The notes under the pieces: generated by a model
Told to the model about the DNA's origin: nothing
The model's input: the letters and a program-made list of their open reading frames with translations, nothing else
Databases searched by the model: none
Part shown: one piece after another, positions 1 to 13,032 of the stretch
Layout: each line of letters begins with the position of its first letter
Numbering within the stretch: position 1 is the stretch's first letter
Source: Nitrospirales bacterium
GTDB taxonomy: Bacteria > Nitrospirota > Nitrospiria > Nitrospirales > UBA8639
Length of the DNA stretch: 64,000 bases
Assembly (NCBI GenBank): GCA_965203295.1
Contig: CBDBCZ010000018.1
Coordinates: 2,592,001-2,656,000, forward strand
Direction of reading: 5' to 3'
Program-made: the position numbers and the translations under genes

Positions 1-475
1 TGCCCAAAAACCATCCCTAGAGTTAGCTGTAACTGATATGTTTCATCAAAATGTCACAATTGGGCCAAGCCACTTGACCTAACCTGATTCTGGCGTGAGT
101 AATCCATATTGCAACCCTGCCCATGGCAAGCCGAAAAGAAAGTATGTAGTTGGGGGGTTCCTGTCATTGTTCCCTGTAATCAATCGTTTGCTAGGTTCTC
201 GCGCACTCTGACGTTTTGGTGAGAGCTAAAATCTGTAACTAAGGGTTTCCACAGTTACAAGACTATAAATGGAGTGAATAATTGTATAGGCCTGTATTCC
301 TGCTGTTGGCCCACTGTATGTCTGGTGTGCGAGCAGAAGTCCATGTCCTACAGTTGCACCCTTGGATGATAATTTTGGCATACATAGGAATAAAGCCTTG
401 TGTATAAAGCTTGAGGCTCATTTTGAATGTGGGTCTGAATTACATGGCTTAATGTATGAGTAAATTCACTCATAG

Positions 476-547
476 ATTGATGATACTGGTGTAGAGGAGA
501 AGGATATTGAACTGGTTATGCAGCAAGCAAATGTAACAAGATCAAAG
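476..547 (+). CDS. NACA: NACA (nascent polypeptide-associated complex alpha) exon, start of UBA domain: IDDTGVEEKDIELVMQQANVTRSK
   Basis: AG at 474-475, GT at 548-549; translation matches the conserved NAC-alpha C-terminus ([24 protein letters not shown]). Confidence 0.95.
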
Positions 548-607
548 GTCAGTGTGTATCATATACTTAATTTGATTGCTGGATGACTTCTATCCCTTTC
601 TTTCTAG

Positions 608-658
608 GCTGTTAAGGCCCTGAAGAACAACAACAATGACATAGTAAATGCCATAATG
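608..658 (+). CDS. NACA: NACA exon: AVKALKNNNNDIVNAIM
   Basis: Follows a 60-nt GT-AG intron (548-607), phase 0; GTAAG donor at 659; matches AVRALKNNSNDIVNAIM. Confidence 0.95.
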
Positions 659-3563
659 GTAAGTTCAAATGAGAGGAAGGTTTAACCCTTGAACTCCATA
701 TGTGGTATGACTGGTTTTAATTGTGATAATTGCGAATGCAATTGTTTTTGCAAGCTCGCAAAAAAATTAGAATGCAATAAATACATTTTGTCGCGGAGAA
801 GATTAGATCATTGTAACACGCGCCATGCTGTAGCGGACACGTTTCTCTGATGTGAGCGTTACTCGTAAAGTTATCATAGTGAGTACTACAGCTATATTTC
901 TTGTGCCAGATGAGCCTTCTGCGATATTTGAAGATGTTGTCTTTCACAACGGCTACCGTTTTCTGATCATTCTCATTGTTCTCCTCGTGTTTCAGCCATA
1001 GCTGTTCTCCCACATAAGAAGTCCATTTGCGTTTGTATGATTATGTGGTGGCCTCGAACAACACTCTAGCACGTACACACAGCCTTACGTAGAGTGTGTT
1101 GGATGAGTGAACCACTGTGGGTAGCAATGTGTTTAGAGGCATATCAGGACCACTTGAACAATCATCCATGAGCAAGGGCACACGACTTGGTCAAGCGAAA
1201 ATTGAGCTCCTGTGGGTGATAGTACTTGTCATCACAATGGGTATAGTGTGCCTGCCCTCACTGAAGGACTACTGTAGCACCTGCTGGCACTTCTTTACCC
1301 CACTGCATCTCTTTTAGCTTACTCTCCCATGACTGTTTCTTTTTTTTGAAATTCTTGATCAACTGGCTATTGACACCCAGCAGGCTGTTTGAGAACAACC
1401 TTGTTGCGATAAGCTTTTCAAGATTTATCGTTTCATGGAGCCTCTGATTAGTAGCTTTCCATGTTTGTACTCCAGAAGCGGCTGTCCAGTGACGAGGCCA
1501 GTTTAGTTTCAAGGGACATCCCCTCCTTCCCAAGAAACCAAAGAATGGGGTACAAACTCAAAAATGGGATACGTACGGCAGCAACTGGAAGTACTGTGGA
1601 AAGGAAGAGAAAAAAGGACTTGAGTTGTCATTGGACAATTAACTTGCCTAGTAGTAAATGAAGAGTACCATGCACTTTAACAATTTCCTGTACCTGTACA
1701 AATGTCTCCTTGGGCTTGGGAGCTGTGTTCTATTGATGGAACATCCTTGTGTCCTTAAGCATGCAGCAGCAAAGAAAGAGGTCAGAAGAGTTGTAGTACA
1801 CTAGTACATGAGGACTCTATAGTTAATAAAAAGAGATGCAGTCGACGCGCATCTGCAGGAAAGGAAACGATACAGAAACCACTTACAATTGAGGAATATA
1901 TTCACTTCGTGGGAGGTGCGAACACAAGTGGCCAGCGCTCTATGGTATTGTTTCCAGCCCTCTTCGAAGAAGTGGTGGAAGAGGGCATTCTTCCACCTAC
2001 TAGAACTTAACATGATACACACCTGTATCCTGTATTAACACTGAATGTATGGCACATCTAAAGCTTAGACTAGCTGTTGCCAGTGTACTTCTTGACGTGT
2101 GTTCTCAGACATTGGTGGGCAAACACGACCCTCGATTAGCCATTTTATGTAGCCGGATTTGGATCAAACTGCATAATTTGTTGCACCCACTTTTTGTTGA
2201 TTTGTTGCACCCACTTTTAGTTGATTGACCAAGAAGCTCCTCACCAAAAACACTCACATCCGTGTGTAACTGCCAGCTTATGTAAACTGTTGACGTCTTT
2301 TTCAGGAAAGTGAACCCTCACAAGTTCTAGGGGCAGCAGAATCAATGAACAGGATGGTCATGCTGGGGCCAGTGTGGTCTCGGAAGGCTGAGGATTGTAC
2401 AGTGCTCAAAATCTAAAGAGTAGATTTCTCTGCAGGCAGTGTCTGTCATTTTTACTTTAAAAAATGAATGTAGTTACTTATAATAACTCCATAAGCCTAG
2501 CTACTTGAAAAATAAGGCTGTGAACTGACAATAAGGTACTTTCCACCGAGTTTTCCATAGACTGTCATACTTAGTGGCCGTGTTTGTTTGATGTCACGGA
2601 TTTTTGCGCGTCATAGGAAGTATTGCTCATGAATAAATCATTGGAACGCTCGATACTGCTACAGACTTACTCTGGAGAGACAGCCACAGCAGCAGGACCG
2701 ACAACGAACAGATAGCTATTGCGACAAACGCACGAGTGACGGGGCGGGGGAGAAAAAATTACCTACACAGGCCTTCGTACGCTAGTTTTGTGTTTCTCAA
2801 GCCGTACTTCACTGGACGCAAGTAGCATGTCCATGTCAGTACTGTAGGCGTGGTTTGCGTAATCATCGTCATAGGTCGTGTGATGAGTGAAAAACGTCAG
2901 AATACGCAATCAAAATGGCGAGAAAAGCCTGTGTGCAAACCTTTTTTTTTGACTAAACAGTAAGACTCAGGAATTGTTTGAGTAGTGATACACTAGTATC
3001 AACAACTTAATAGTTTTGTAAATTTTTTTGTGAGTTCTTGGACGATAAATTCTGAAGTCACTACCTTAACCGATGCCCCCCTCAAGATGTGAACTTTGGT
3101 CGTTATCTCTGGTATTGATTGATTGAGGGGAACATTTCTCAAGGATACCTTGGCCTCACGCTTGGTATATCCAAGGTTTGAACTTTCTCGAAACAAAGAT
3201 GCAGTTTTAAGTACTTTAACTGATTTTCCATGTCAGGTGTCTTGCAAAAGCCATGGAACCCTTAGGTTATTGCTAATTAATACCCTTCCCGCATTGTAGC
3301 AGATGTGTGTAGGTATATGCAATCCACTTTTGAGAACATAACATCAAACCATGTAGGGTGTAGAACCTTTAAGCTCTTTAGATTCTCAGCACTGTAGAAG
3401 GACTGCTCCACCTGGGAGGAGACTTTCCCAATCATCATATAGATCTTGTTCAAATGAGTTGGTTACAGGCTGACTGAATAGCTGAGGGTGGAGGTATGGT
3501 GCAGGCTGGATGAACATGTAAGTGTGGTGGATGCTGGCCATTTAGTTAAAGGGCTAATTAGAA

Positions 3564-4749
3564 ACTTTACAAAAAGTGCAAAAACCACTCGTGTAGGGAT
3601 GCACTTCCACCAAAAAACAATTCCCCAAAAACCAACGAAACAAGCGACAATGCACACTGGAAGGCATGCACAGACTACCCACACATCACAGCGCAATGCA
3701 TTTACTGCGTACCTACCATCCCTACATCTTTCCAACCACACCTGTCCAATGTTGAGAATGTGAGATGTGAATAGTGGTAGTGTAAATTGCTGTGTGTGTG
3801 TGCATGCGCTGGTAATGAGAGGTACCCCTGAATTGAGGATACCCCTCTATACAGGGCGCTTGATTAGGTCCTAAAGGTGTCGACAATATGGGGTTCCAGT
3901 GTAGTATAATTTGTTTTGGGTGTAAAGATGTGTTGGTAATGGGTGCATATATTATAATGAATTGTATATTATGGTGTTTGCATAGAGGCTTTGGAGAAGT
4001 ATGGTTGAGTGCTGTGAAGTTATGCGAGTGTGTTGAAAGTCAGTTTGTGAGTGGATGTTCTTTGTAGGGGAGGTGAATGTGGGTGCATTTGGTAAAGTGT
4101 GGGTCGGGTGTTGTGAAGTTAATTGAATGTATTGTAGGGTGGTTGATGTGGGTATTGTGTGTTGGTATGTTGTGATGGGAGCAGTGTTGCTGTGAAGGTC
4201 TGAAGGGGAGGACAATGTGGGTGTGTTTGGTATGGTGTCGGTAGGGTGTTGGTAACTTTTGAATGTGTGTAGCATGGTAGTTGATGTGGGTTGTATTGTG
4301 TGGTTGTGTGTGTTGGTGAGTGTGGCTTGGTTTGTGCTTGTGAGTGGGGTTGGTGAGCGGAGTGTGTTTTCTGGGGAATAATATTATGTTGCTATGAAGG
4401 TTTAGGCTGGTTGTATTGTGGGGTGCGTTTTGTGTAGTATGTGAATATTGTTGTGGATGAGGATGTGAGGGTGGCTGTTGGATGGCAATGTGCTGGCACG
4501 TATGGATAAGGATGGAGATGATTGTGGATGGTGAAGGGTGTTGTGTATGGGGGTGGTACAGTGTGGGGTGGGTGTAGTTGGAAAGATGTAGGGATGTTAG
4601 GTACGCAGTAAATGCATTGCGCTGTGATGTGTGGGTAGTCTGTGCATGCCTTCCAGTGTGCATTGTCGCTTGTTTCGTTGGTTTTTGGGGAATTGTTTTT
4701 TGGTGGAAGTGCATCCCTACATGAGTGGTTTTTGCACTTTTTGTAAAGT
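3564..4749. repeat. ~179-bp inverted repeat (3564-3742 / 4571-4749) around a GT-rich low-complexity spacer
   Basis: Arms are near-exact reverse complements; the same MHFHQKTIPQKPTKQ translation appears on both strands. Confidence 0.9.
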
Positions 4750-4914
4750 GCTTTTTCTATGTCTTGTTTCAGGGTGTTTTTTTGGGAGATGGCATGAAAG
4801 GGTATGGAGTGTTGTGGAACATTGTTGGAATGGTGCGTGTAGTACAGGTTTCGTGTGTACTCCAGTCAGCATCAGGAAGGCCTTCGCCCGCATGGGCGAT
4901 GCATGGGGGGGGAG

Positions 4915-5460
4915 ATTAAGCCAATACTTGGCGCGTCTGGCAGCCCTTTTCTTGTCAGGGCAAGCGTTGTACCTAGCATGCGAGGCAGCCCTTTTCTTCT
5001 CAGGATCAGCTTTGTAGCTGGCACGCGAGGCAGCCCTTTTCTTCTCAGGATCAGCTTTGTAGCTGGCACGCGAGGCTGCCCTAGCAGCTCCCTTTCTGCG
5101 TTGACGGTTTTGAATCGGTACCGTTCTTTATTCTGGGCCCTCTTTTTTCGCAATTTACTAGGCATAGTGCATGCAAAGTACCTTGGAATTCCAAGAAGGT
5201 CAGCAACCACATGAGTGGATGGGAGAACCTTGCTTTCAGGCACTTTTACACTTCCACTTGAAAACAAAAGGACCGAAAGATTGAAGGTAGACTTTAGATA
5301 GACCAACACGTGTTCGCAGGCAGTGTGCGCATGCGCACCATCCTACCGTAAAATGGCGTGTTAGTGGCAACCGTCCACTCAAGAGTGCTCGTTATCACTG
5401 CTGAACTAATTCAAGTTCTTTGAAAACGCTATGCCCGAAAGGCACTACCCGAGGGTTAAT
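4915..5460 (-). mobile_element. Probable Helitron/Helentron 5' region with frameshifted basic-repeat ORF start (MPSKLRKKRAQNKERY...AASRASYKADPEKKR repeats)
   Basis: 45-bp tandem repeats at ~4940-5080; terminus ATTAACCCTCGGG followed by a GC hairpin on the minus strand at 5460. Family assignment is inference. Confidence 0.4.
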
Positions 5461-7312
5461 CATGCCCGTTCGTGTTGGAATCTTTGTAATCGCTTCACCC
5501 AGCATTGTGCTAGCCTGGCTGAAAGAAGAATGACAAGATGTACCATCTGGCTGTTTTAGCCACTTGCCGCTTTGGTACTTCAGAGATATTCTGTAGCAGT
5601 GATAACAGTCTGATTAGTGGTGACAACGCTCGAGAATAACTGGTAGGGTTCATATTCGCCCTAGACTACACCTAGAGCAGAGTTCTCAACATGTCATTTT
5701 GTACGCATTGAATGTGGGGGCCATTTTTTTCCAGAGCCATCCCTACATATGGAGTACTACCGTACTCCATGATTACCAGTTGTGGCTGAGGGTCACTGGT
5801 TGTTGGTTGGTTGAGGGTATAGATGGTATGCTGGAAGCTGGTTTGTTGGCTGAGGGTGGGGGGTTAGACGGTGCTGGTGAAGTTCACTTTTTTGTTGAAG
5901 GGGTAGAGGATGCGACAGTTGCTGGCATAGTGGGTCTGGCTGAGGTTCGCTGGTTGTTTTAGGGTTAAAGGAAGTACTGGAGGTTGGTTGAGGGGAGTTG
6001 GTAGCTCTAAACGCCTTTCAGAAGTACGTCTATTTTTGATTCAACCCTAGCAAGTGTGCTCAAGATGTTGCAGCTGCAGGTAGCTCCAACATAAAATGCA
6101 ATGTCTAGCACTATATAGGCGTGCACAAAATTTATACACCACGAGGGCTGAGGGTGGAAATTCCGCAAGCAGCCGACTGGCGCTACTGACTCTTGTGAAT
6201 GAGGACTTTGACACTACACAGGTCTTGTGAGACTCTATATGTAGGCTTTCAGAGCTATAAGTGAAGACTGATCCTTTCACTTGGGCTACATACATGTGGG
6301 TCACCAATGTCAAGACTGTTCCGATTTTCCTGTTACCTTTCTTCTGCCATACTCTATATTACCACTATTCATGTACTTTCAGCTACCGTAAACTCTGGAG
6401 CACAAGTACCAGTATTTCTGTTTAGAGATTGCACATTTTTGTGGTACAGATTACGTGAGGTACTTATAATCATGGGATGCTTTTCTTAGAGGCAAAATAT
6501 GGCAGCATGGACACTACAACTTTAATTTTGGACTAGACAGTCACTTTCACATGTTCGTTCTTGTGAGCGATCTTCCTTTACAACGTGAAGTGCTTCCTCG
6601 TGCACAGCAGTTCTATGCCACCACTGACAGCCCATACGCCTTCTGATACAGACTTAGGCAGACCCTTTATCGACATTATGCATGCTTAATTAGTCACCAT
6701 TTATACATCGCCAGTTTATTTCTGATGGGTACTTATATTCATTGTGTACTCATGGGCACTGTATTCAGGAAGTGAATAGCAACTGGTTTAATGGTACTTA
6801 TATTAATAAGGTACTTATACTCCAGAGTATAGGGTATGTGCAAAGGCTTATTGTAGATGTTACAGTACTTAATAACATACATAATATACTAACTAATGCC
6901 ATCCATTTTACCTTGCAATTAGTAGTACAGAGTTTGTACAATGTCTTGGATGGGTTCACAGTCAACAGACAATTGCAGAAGATACCTAAACTTCTCAAAC
7001 CACCACATGGTAAATCGGGATCAATCAGGCTTCATCATGTGACAGACATACAGTCTGGGGACAGTCCCGCAAACTTAGGGTTACACAAGTGCACTATGCC
7101 TTGCGTGCTGTGGTACATGGTAGCCCCCCGGATGCATACAGGTGACTGTGATTGGGAGTCAGCTATGTGTAGTCACGAGAATATAACAAATTATAGATAT
7201 ACCACAGGCTAGCATGGATACAGGATATACACGAGGCAGTTAATCAATTAGATGCCGAGGCTTCTAATTGATTAATGCCGAGTGCATATCCTGTAACCAT
7301 GTTAGCCTGTGG

Positions 7313-7661
7313 TAGCCTTGTTCTCAGGCCCACGACCTTTTTGGTTGCACGAAGTAATGTCACAGGGCCTGGGATCTATATGTGCATGAGGCCAAGAGTA
7401 GAACAGGTAATTGTGAGCATGGGCAAGTTCACTTGCCATGAATGAAGGTAGCGAATCTACACTTCTTGTAGCTTTTCTATACATGTAGTCCGTTTGTGCC
7501 TTGGACTTGCCGCTGAAAGGAAGAAATTCTCTGTAAAATGTAGAGAAACACAGCCATTTTTTTAAGTGTATAATGACGTAAGTTGATCACGTAACTTTAG
7601 ATACCAGGCCCTATGACTTTACTTCGTCAAACAATAAGTCACAGGTGTGGGAACAAGGCTA
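7313..7661. mobile_element. MITE with TAG...CTA TIRs and 9-bp TSD (older copy of 8321-8687)
   Basis: TIRs TAGCCTTGTTCTCAGG / GTGGGAACAAGGCTA; flanks AGCCTGTGG / AGCCTATAG. Confidence 0.85.
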
Positions 7662-8320
7662 AGCCTATAGTTCGTCTACGCTGCATGGGTGGTCTCTGAC
7701 CTCACTGCATGTTCAGCTACTATGCTACATCTTAATTATTATGCTCTGTGTGCAGTGACTTCTAAATTATGGTCCTAGTGTGTTTGGAAGACAGTGGTAG
7801 GCTTCACGGTGATGTGTTCAAGTACAATGCTCAAAGAGTTGAGTTCAAGATTTAGCAAACAGGACATACTTTGTAGAGCCTGTTTGCTACGTACTTGTCG
7901 TTTTAGTCACTGAAGTGATGACTAAGCCAGTTTCTGTGACATTGCAGTTGGATGCAACGGCAGCCTGTCAGTTGGAATAGCTACCAGCGCTAGTGGGGTG
8001 GGACTCCGTAAGTAATAACTACGACCAAGCTCCTATTTAATAGAGATTACCCAGAGCCCTCAACCTTAAGTAATTTGGCTGCTACTTTTGAGAATTTAGA
8101 CTTTCCCGAAGGGGATGAGGAAGAAAAGCATTCACTGTCCTGCAAACCATGCAAAGTTTACTGTTTTGGTTTACTTCACGTTGCATTTGTACAGCCATTG
8201 CTGAAGTACTCATGTTGGGTAGATAAATGACATCGTTTAATTGCCGTAATTGGTACATATATATGTGGTCTATAAATGATAGACAATGGGTGGCACCTTT
8301 GTACCATCCACACAGTTTAG

Positions 8321-8687
8321 TAGCCTCGTTCCCAGGCCCGCACCATTTTCGGTTGCACGAAAGATGTCACAGGGCCTGGGATCTAAAGTCACGTGCACGA
8401 GGCCAAGAGTAGAAAGGTAGTAGAAAGGTAATTATGAGCGTGGGCGAGTACACGTGCAATTTTCAGACAACGATTGAAGGTAGCGAGTCTACACTTCTTT
8501 TAGCTTTTCTTTATAGCCCGTTTGTACCATAGACTTACCACTGAAAGAAAGTCTCTGGTAAAATGTAGAGAAACGCAGCCGTCTTTCGAAGTGGATTATG
8601 ACGTAGTTGATCACGTGACTTTAGTTACCAGGCCCTGTGACTTTCCTTCGTGCAACCGAAAAAGTCGCGGGCCTGGGAACGAGGCTA
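8321..8687. mobile_element. MITE with TAG...CTA TIRs and 9-bp TSD (Academ/AcademH-like or MULE-like)
   Basis: TIR TAGCCTCGTTCCCAGGCCCG at both ends; perfect TSD ACAGTTTAG (8312-8320, 8688-8696). Confidence 0.9.
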
Positions 8688-8895
8688 ACAGTTTAGTACA
8701 ACTATTGTTATAGCGACCGCTAACCAGGTGAATGATGTCTCTATCTGCCACTTTTTTTCAAGGATTGGCCACAGCTGCTGCGAAGACAGCAGAGGACGAG
8801 CTGTAGTGCCTATAACATGTTAGCATTGCTTGGTCTGTCGATCATGTACAGTACAATTGTGCCATCCATTTTCAGCACCCATATATCATTAATTA

Positions 8896-9392
8896 CCGTA
8901 AACTACGTATTATCCGCCCATGATGTATTATCCGCCCATCCCCCTTTTTGAGTCAAAGTTACGTCGGAGGGTATTTATGTACTTAGTATCCGCCCACCCT
9001 TAAATACCATCCATGCGAGCTAAACATGTAACTAACAACTGAAAATTCCAAGACAACGAGCCGAATTAAACGACAAAACTCGATCTTCAGTGCGCTTTAA
9101 TTGGAATACCGACGTCAAGTCCGTCAGCCACTTCGCTTTTTAGCTGCTAATAGTAGTCTGCATGCTTCCATAATAGCTAGTTCAACACAATTTCCATTCA
9201 CTGTGGTGCGGTACTTGCCTAAAAAAGCTATACTTACCTTGTATACTCGCTTTGTATACCGCGCGTTTGGAATGCGTTCGAGTGGGCGGATACTACATCG
9301 CATTTATAAAAACTACGTATTATCCGCTCACCCCCCTCTTTCAGCTTGCACTTAAGTGGCCCGCCCATGGGCGGATAATATGTACTTTACGG
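8896..9392. mobile_element. Tc1/mariner-pogo-type MITE (CCGTA termini, TA TSD)
   Basis: TIR CCGTAAACTACGTATTATCCGCCCATG versus its near reverse complement; TA on both sides; abuts the (TTA)n tail of the adjacent LINE. Confidence 0.85.
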
Positions 9393-9394
9393 TA

Positions 9395-11410
9395 TTATTA
9401 TTATGGCAGACATACCAATAAAGGTACAACACAAGTAACTAAAAGAACATGCAGAATAATAGATTATGAAGTACAAACAGACAAAACAATAGCATTCAGC
9501 TCAGGAAGACCGAAATTCGGGATGTGATGGTGTGTGCTGCGAATTTCTCTAATAAGTTGACCCATGGCAACATCATCAGAAGAGTAGGACTTGCAGTGAC
9601 GACTACCGAACAAAACATTATACCAATGAAGTGTGAATTACAAGATTGCGAGCTAACAACAAACACCGAACGAACAAGAGGAGAGGAATGTGACACGGCA
9701 GACGAAAAAAACTTACTAAATCTGGCAAGCACAATGTTGAAGATACTAGAAATTAACCCAACTGAGTGGACAATAGCAGTGTGACAGTTTCGAGGAAGAT
9801 GCCATATTCTTCTAATCACCTGATTGAAGGTACGTAACACCAAGCGAACGCAAAGCAGGACAATCTAGTCTCCACAGAGAACAACCGTAAAGGGAGAGAC
9901 AGTATGCATGAAACAACCTCATCTTAGTTAGAGGATCGGTGGCTCTAAAACAATACAAAACAGAATTGGCTTGCCGGATAAATGCCATTAACTTGCGTTG
10001 AACATCAAGCTTATCCGAGAGGTCGAAATGCAAAGTATTGCCAAGATGAAGCACCGAGTCAACTACCGGTAAGAATTGACCACAAAACCAAAACATGAAC
10101 GGTCTGGTTGAGATGTACGCCTAAAACAGATCAGTTGCGTTTTAGAGGCATTAAAACAAACACCATGTGACTCAGCGAACTCTTCACGATGTGTCAACAT
10201 CTTCCTAAGAGCACCAGGACAGGGAGCAAGGATAGTGAGATCATCAGCGTAGCACAGTGCATTAAAGAAGTGATCCTCCCAATAGCATCCTCGCCCACAG
10301 GCACGAAGCGATTCTAGCAGACTATCAACATAGATAGTAAACAGGATAGGACTCAGAACACCGCCTTGGCGTACCCCGTTCGATACCTGAAAGCAGCCAG
10401 AAGATTTACCCTGCCAGCGTATTCGCAGGTGCTGAGTCTTGTACCACCTCAGAAAGAACCGGACGAGAGGTTTTGGCATGTTTCTATCGAGCAATTTATT
10501 AAACAGAATTCCGTGGTCAACAAGATCAAAGGCCTTAGAGGCATCGATTAAACAAGCATATACTTTTGACCCACCATTCAGAGACCGATTAATGACAGCT
10601 TTTAACACGCCCGTGCACAATGTAGTAGAGAATCCAGATTTAAATCCAAACTGAAGATCACTAGTAGTAAAGAACTGACTCCAAGAAAGAAGAATCGACC
10701 ATTCCAGAACCTTACTGAGGGAGGACGCAAGAGCAATTCCTCGATAGTTGGAAGACACAGAGGGGTCCTTGGAGCCCTTAGGGATCGGCTAGATCGTGGC
10801 ATCACGAAATGCAGCCGGCATAAAGCCATGCCTGAGCACCGAGGTAAACAAGCGGGCAAGAAAATGACAGATTGGAACAGGTGTTTCTACAATGTGGTCG
10901 GAGACCAGTGGCCCACCATCGGATTTGCCACGCTTCAGCTTACCAATAGCCTCCTGGACAGTTTGAAAAGAAAAAGATATCTGCTCAATGTCAGCCAAGG
11001 TAGTGCTAGAGTCAAGACTAAGAAGCAGCTCACTGGAGATTGAGTCTAATGCAGTATTATACAGCTCCTTGAACCTGTCACCCCAAAGTTTAGCAATGTC
11101 ATCCACACCAGAAACACCATCAACCACAGGAGCAGAAGACACAGAACGCTTACTGAAAAACCGACAAGCTTCAGACCAGAAACCACGATTAGGGTCATTG
11201 AGCATCGCTTCAGCCAACCTATCGCATTTAATATGCTCAGCTCTCCTTCTAACCCGACGAACGGCGTACTTATATCTACGGTGCGCACGCTTTTTGAGTT
11301 GAAAAAGAACACCAGCAGATGGGGAGCCCGCTTCAAGCCAAAGCTTATACCACCACTGACTAGCAGCCAGCTCTGGCTTGACAAACTCAGACCAGCCCGC
11401 AACAGAGGCT
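9395..11410 (-). mobile_element. 5'-truncated, frameshifted non-LTR retrotransposon (RTE-X-like reverse transcriptase)
   Basis: RT motifs NYRGIAL, LQFGFK, LIDASKAFDLVDH, GVRQGGVLSPILF, CYADD, FNASKTQ; split over ORFs 10789-11217, 10063-10758, 9812-10096, 9496-9843; (TAA)n tail at ~9394-9404. Confidence 0.92.
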
Positions 11411-11647
11411 ACACATACATTGCTCTACTAATTGTGCAGCTGCACTGATTAAGCTTCCATTGGTAAAACTACATACGTGAGAGACTTGTCCTGATCTCTG
11501 ACTCTTTGTGTGCCACAAATTTGGAAATGGTACTTACAGGGACACCATCTTTGATCCTAGGGTGCCTGCATGGGTCCGAAATGTGAGGGACATATATGTA
11601 ATTATGTAAACACTATATAGCTGAGATTTGGAGCCCATCGGGGACGT

Positions 11648-12150
11648 TTATTACCAGCCGGAGCGCGCGCAAGCGCGTGAACGGCTAGTCCTAAGATTGC
11701 TTTACGTTTTCCGCGTTTGTTTGTTTGTTTGTCTGTCTGTTTGTGCGTCCGCACTTATTACGTGCGCTATATGTTACGTCATACGTTACTATGCAACTGC
11801 AGTGTATAGCAGCTTTTGGAGGTTTACAGGCTAAGCTACAGCAAACAAAGGTAGTTGTGAGTTGCCTAGATGGCGAAAACTTGGTAGGCAGCCGTAAAGA
11901 TCCTGTTTTGGTGACATATAGCTACTAACTTGAAGTGCACGACGAAACTGCTGAGTCAGCACTTTCACTGTACTGCATTGTCTCTACAGAATGCCTATAA
12001 TTTGTAGGTCTGGGAATGTGACTATAGTGTAGTATAGTTACGTAGTTCTACAGCTGCGGTTAGCTTGGCCTAAGCTGAGCTGTGTGTAACCTATTGTAAT
12101 GTATGGGAAAGGTGCCCGGCTGGTTTTTAGACATGAAATGTCAGACTTGT
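11648..12150 (+). mobile_element. Helentron-associated (HINE/DINE-1-like) non-autonomous element
   Basis: Subterminal IRs ACCAGCCGG / CCGGCTGGT, GCGCGC hairpin, (TTTG/TCTG)n microsatellite, 3' hairpin GACAT-GAA-ATGTC then CTTGT; a second 3' end at ~56530-56613. Confidence 0.7.
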
Positions 12151-12206
12151 CCTCTCTGCGCTCGGCAACTTAGCATCATTTTGTATGCTGTTTTACTTCC
12201 TAACTG

Positions 12207-13032
12207 TAGCCTCAAACCCAGCCGTCCCAGCTTTTTTTCTCTTGCAGGAAGAAAAAGCGGAACGCCTGGGAACACTTATCACATGATAATACGTAACTTT
12301 AATTGAACGTGGGCAGGAGTAACCGCAAGCGATAAGCAACCCGCGCTAAATTAATGCCTTATTTTAGCACGCTTTACCTGGGTGTCCGGACAGCGAACTA
12401 TTTGCGCTTTACAGCTACAGATGGTAGTGCAACGACTACGAATCGAATCAACAAGTTACGTGAACAAGCTCCAGCGTCTCCAGAGGCAGTACTTCTCCAA
12501 ATTGGTGACCACGCTGCATGATGTCATTGTTCTATTTTTGCTTTTCTTCAGTGATGTCATAATTTTTTGCAGTGGTGGTACATGGTTTTACCAGTGGTGC
12601 TGTCCCTACAGGCAGCTCAGTGTATTTAGTTATCTTGTTAGCTATGCGAGAGGCTAGCTATTTAGTACGCGTGCATGCTTGACAAGCGTATTAGTGATGA
12701 GAACGATCATAGTCTCGCGAGCCAGACGGTCAGTAGAGAATGGATATCTTGCACCGCCTTCACGGGTCCAGTATCTTGTACGAGTGACAAAGGTATGTCT
12801 TTCTTACAGGAACACATGAAATTGCGCGCTATTACTAAGCGTACGAGTAGTGCCCGTTTGCGTGGGCAAGCTGAGCTCGGTTGCCATCTTGCGGCCGTGC
12901 ACCCCACATGCAATTAAGTCGGTTCTACCCTTGGTTCTACCTTTACGTCATATCACGTGATAAGTGTTCCCAGGCGTTCCGCTTTTTCTCCCTGCAAGCG
13001 AAAAAAAGCTGGGACGGCTGGGTTTGAGGTTA
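12207..13032. mobile_element. MITE with long TIRs (TAGCCTCAAACCCAGCCGTCCCAGC) and 9-bp TSD
   Basis: ~80-bp TIRs; perfect TSD TCCTAACTG (12198-12206, 13033-13041). Confidence 0.9.

Larger units (their letters stand above)
686..5757 (+). mobile_element. Degenerate piggyBac (PGBD4-like) transposon with nested insertions
   Basis: TTAA then CCCTT at 682-690; frameshifted transposase motifs LVITMGIVCLPSLKDYCST (~1225-1280), LSSDEA/FKG/PKKP/WGYK (~1480-1560), KKWWKRAFFHLLELNMIHTCILY (~1967-2035). Partial right TIR ACATATGGAGT at 5745-5755; right end uncertain. Confidence 0.75.

Noticed and set aside
4040..4714. 224-aa His/Thr-rich ORF
   Set aside because: Product of GT-skewed low-complexity sequence and the inverted repeat; no domain.
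5452..5968. AGGGTTAA at 5452 and 5961 as the piggyBac right end
   Set aside because: Only 4 bp match the left TIR; a better partial match lies at 5731-5755.
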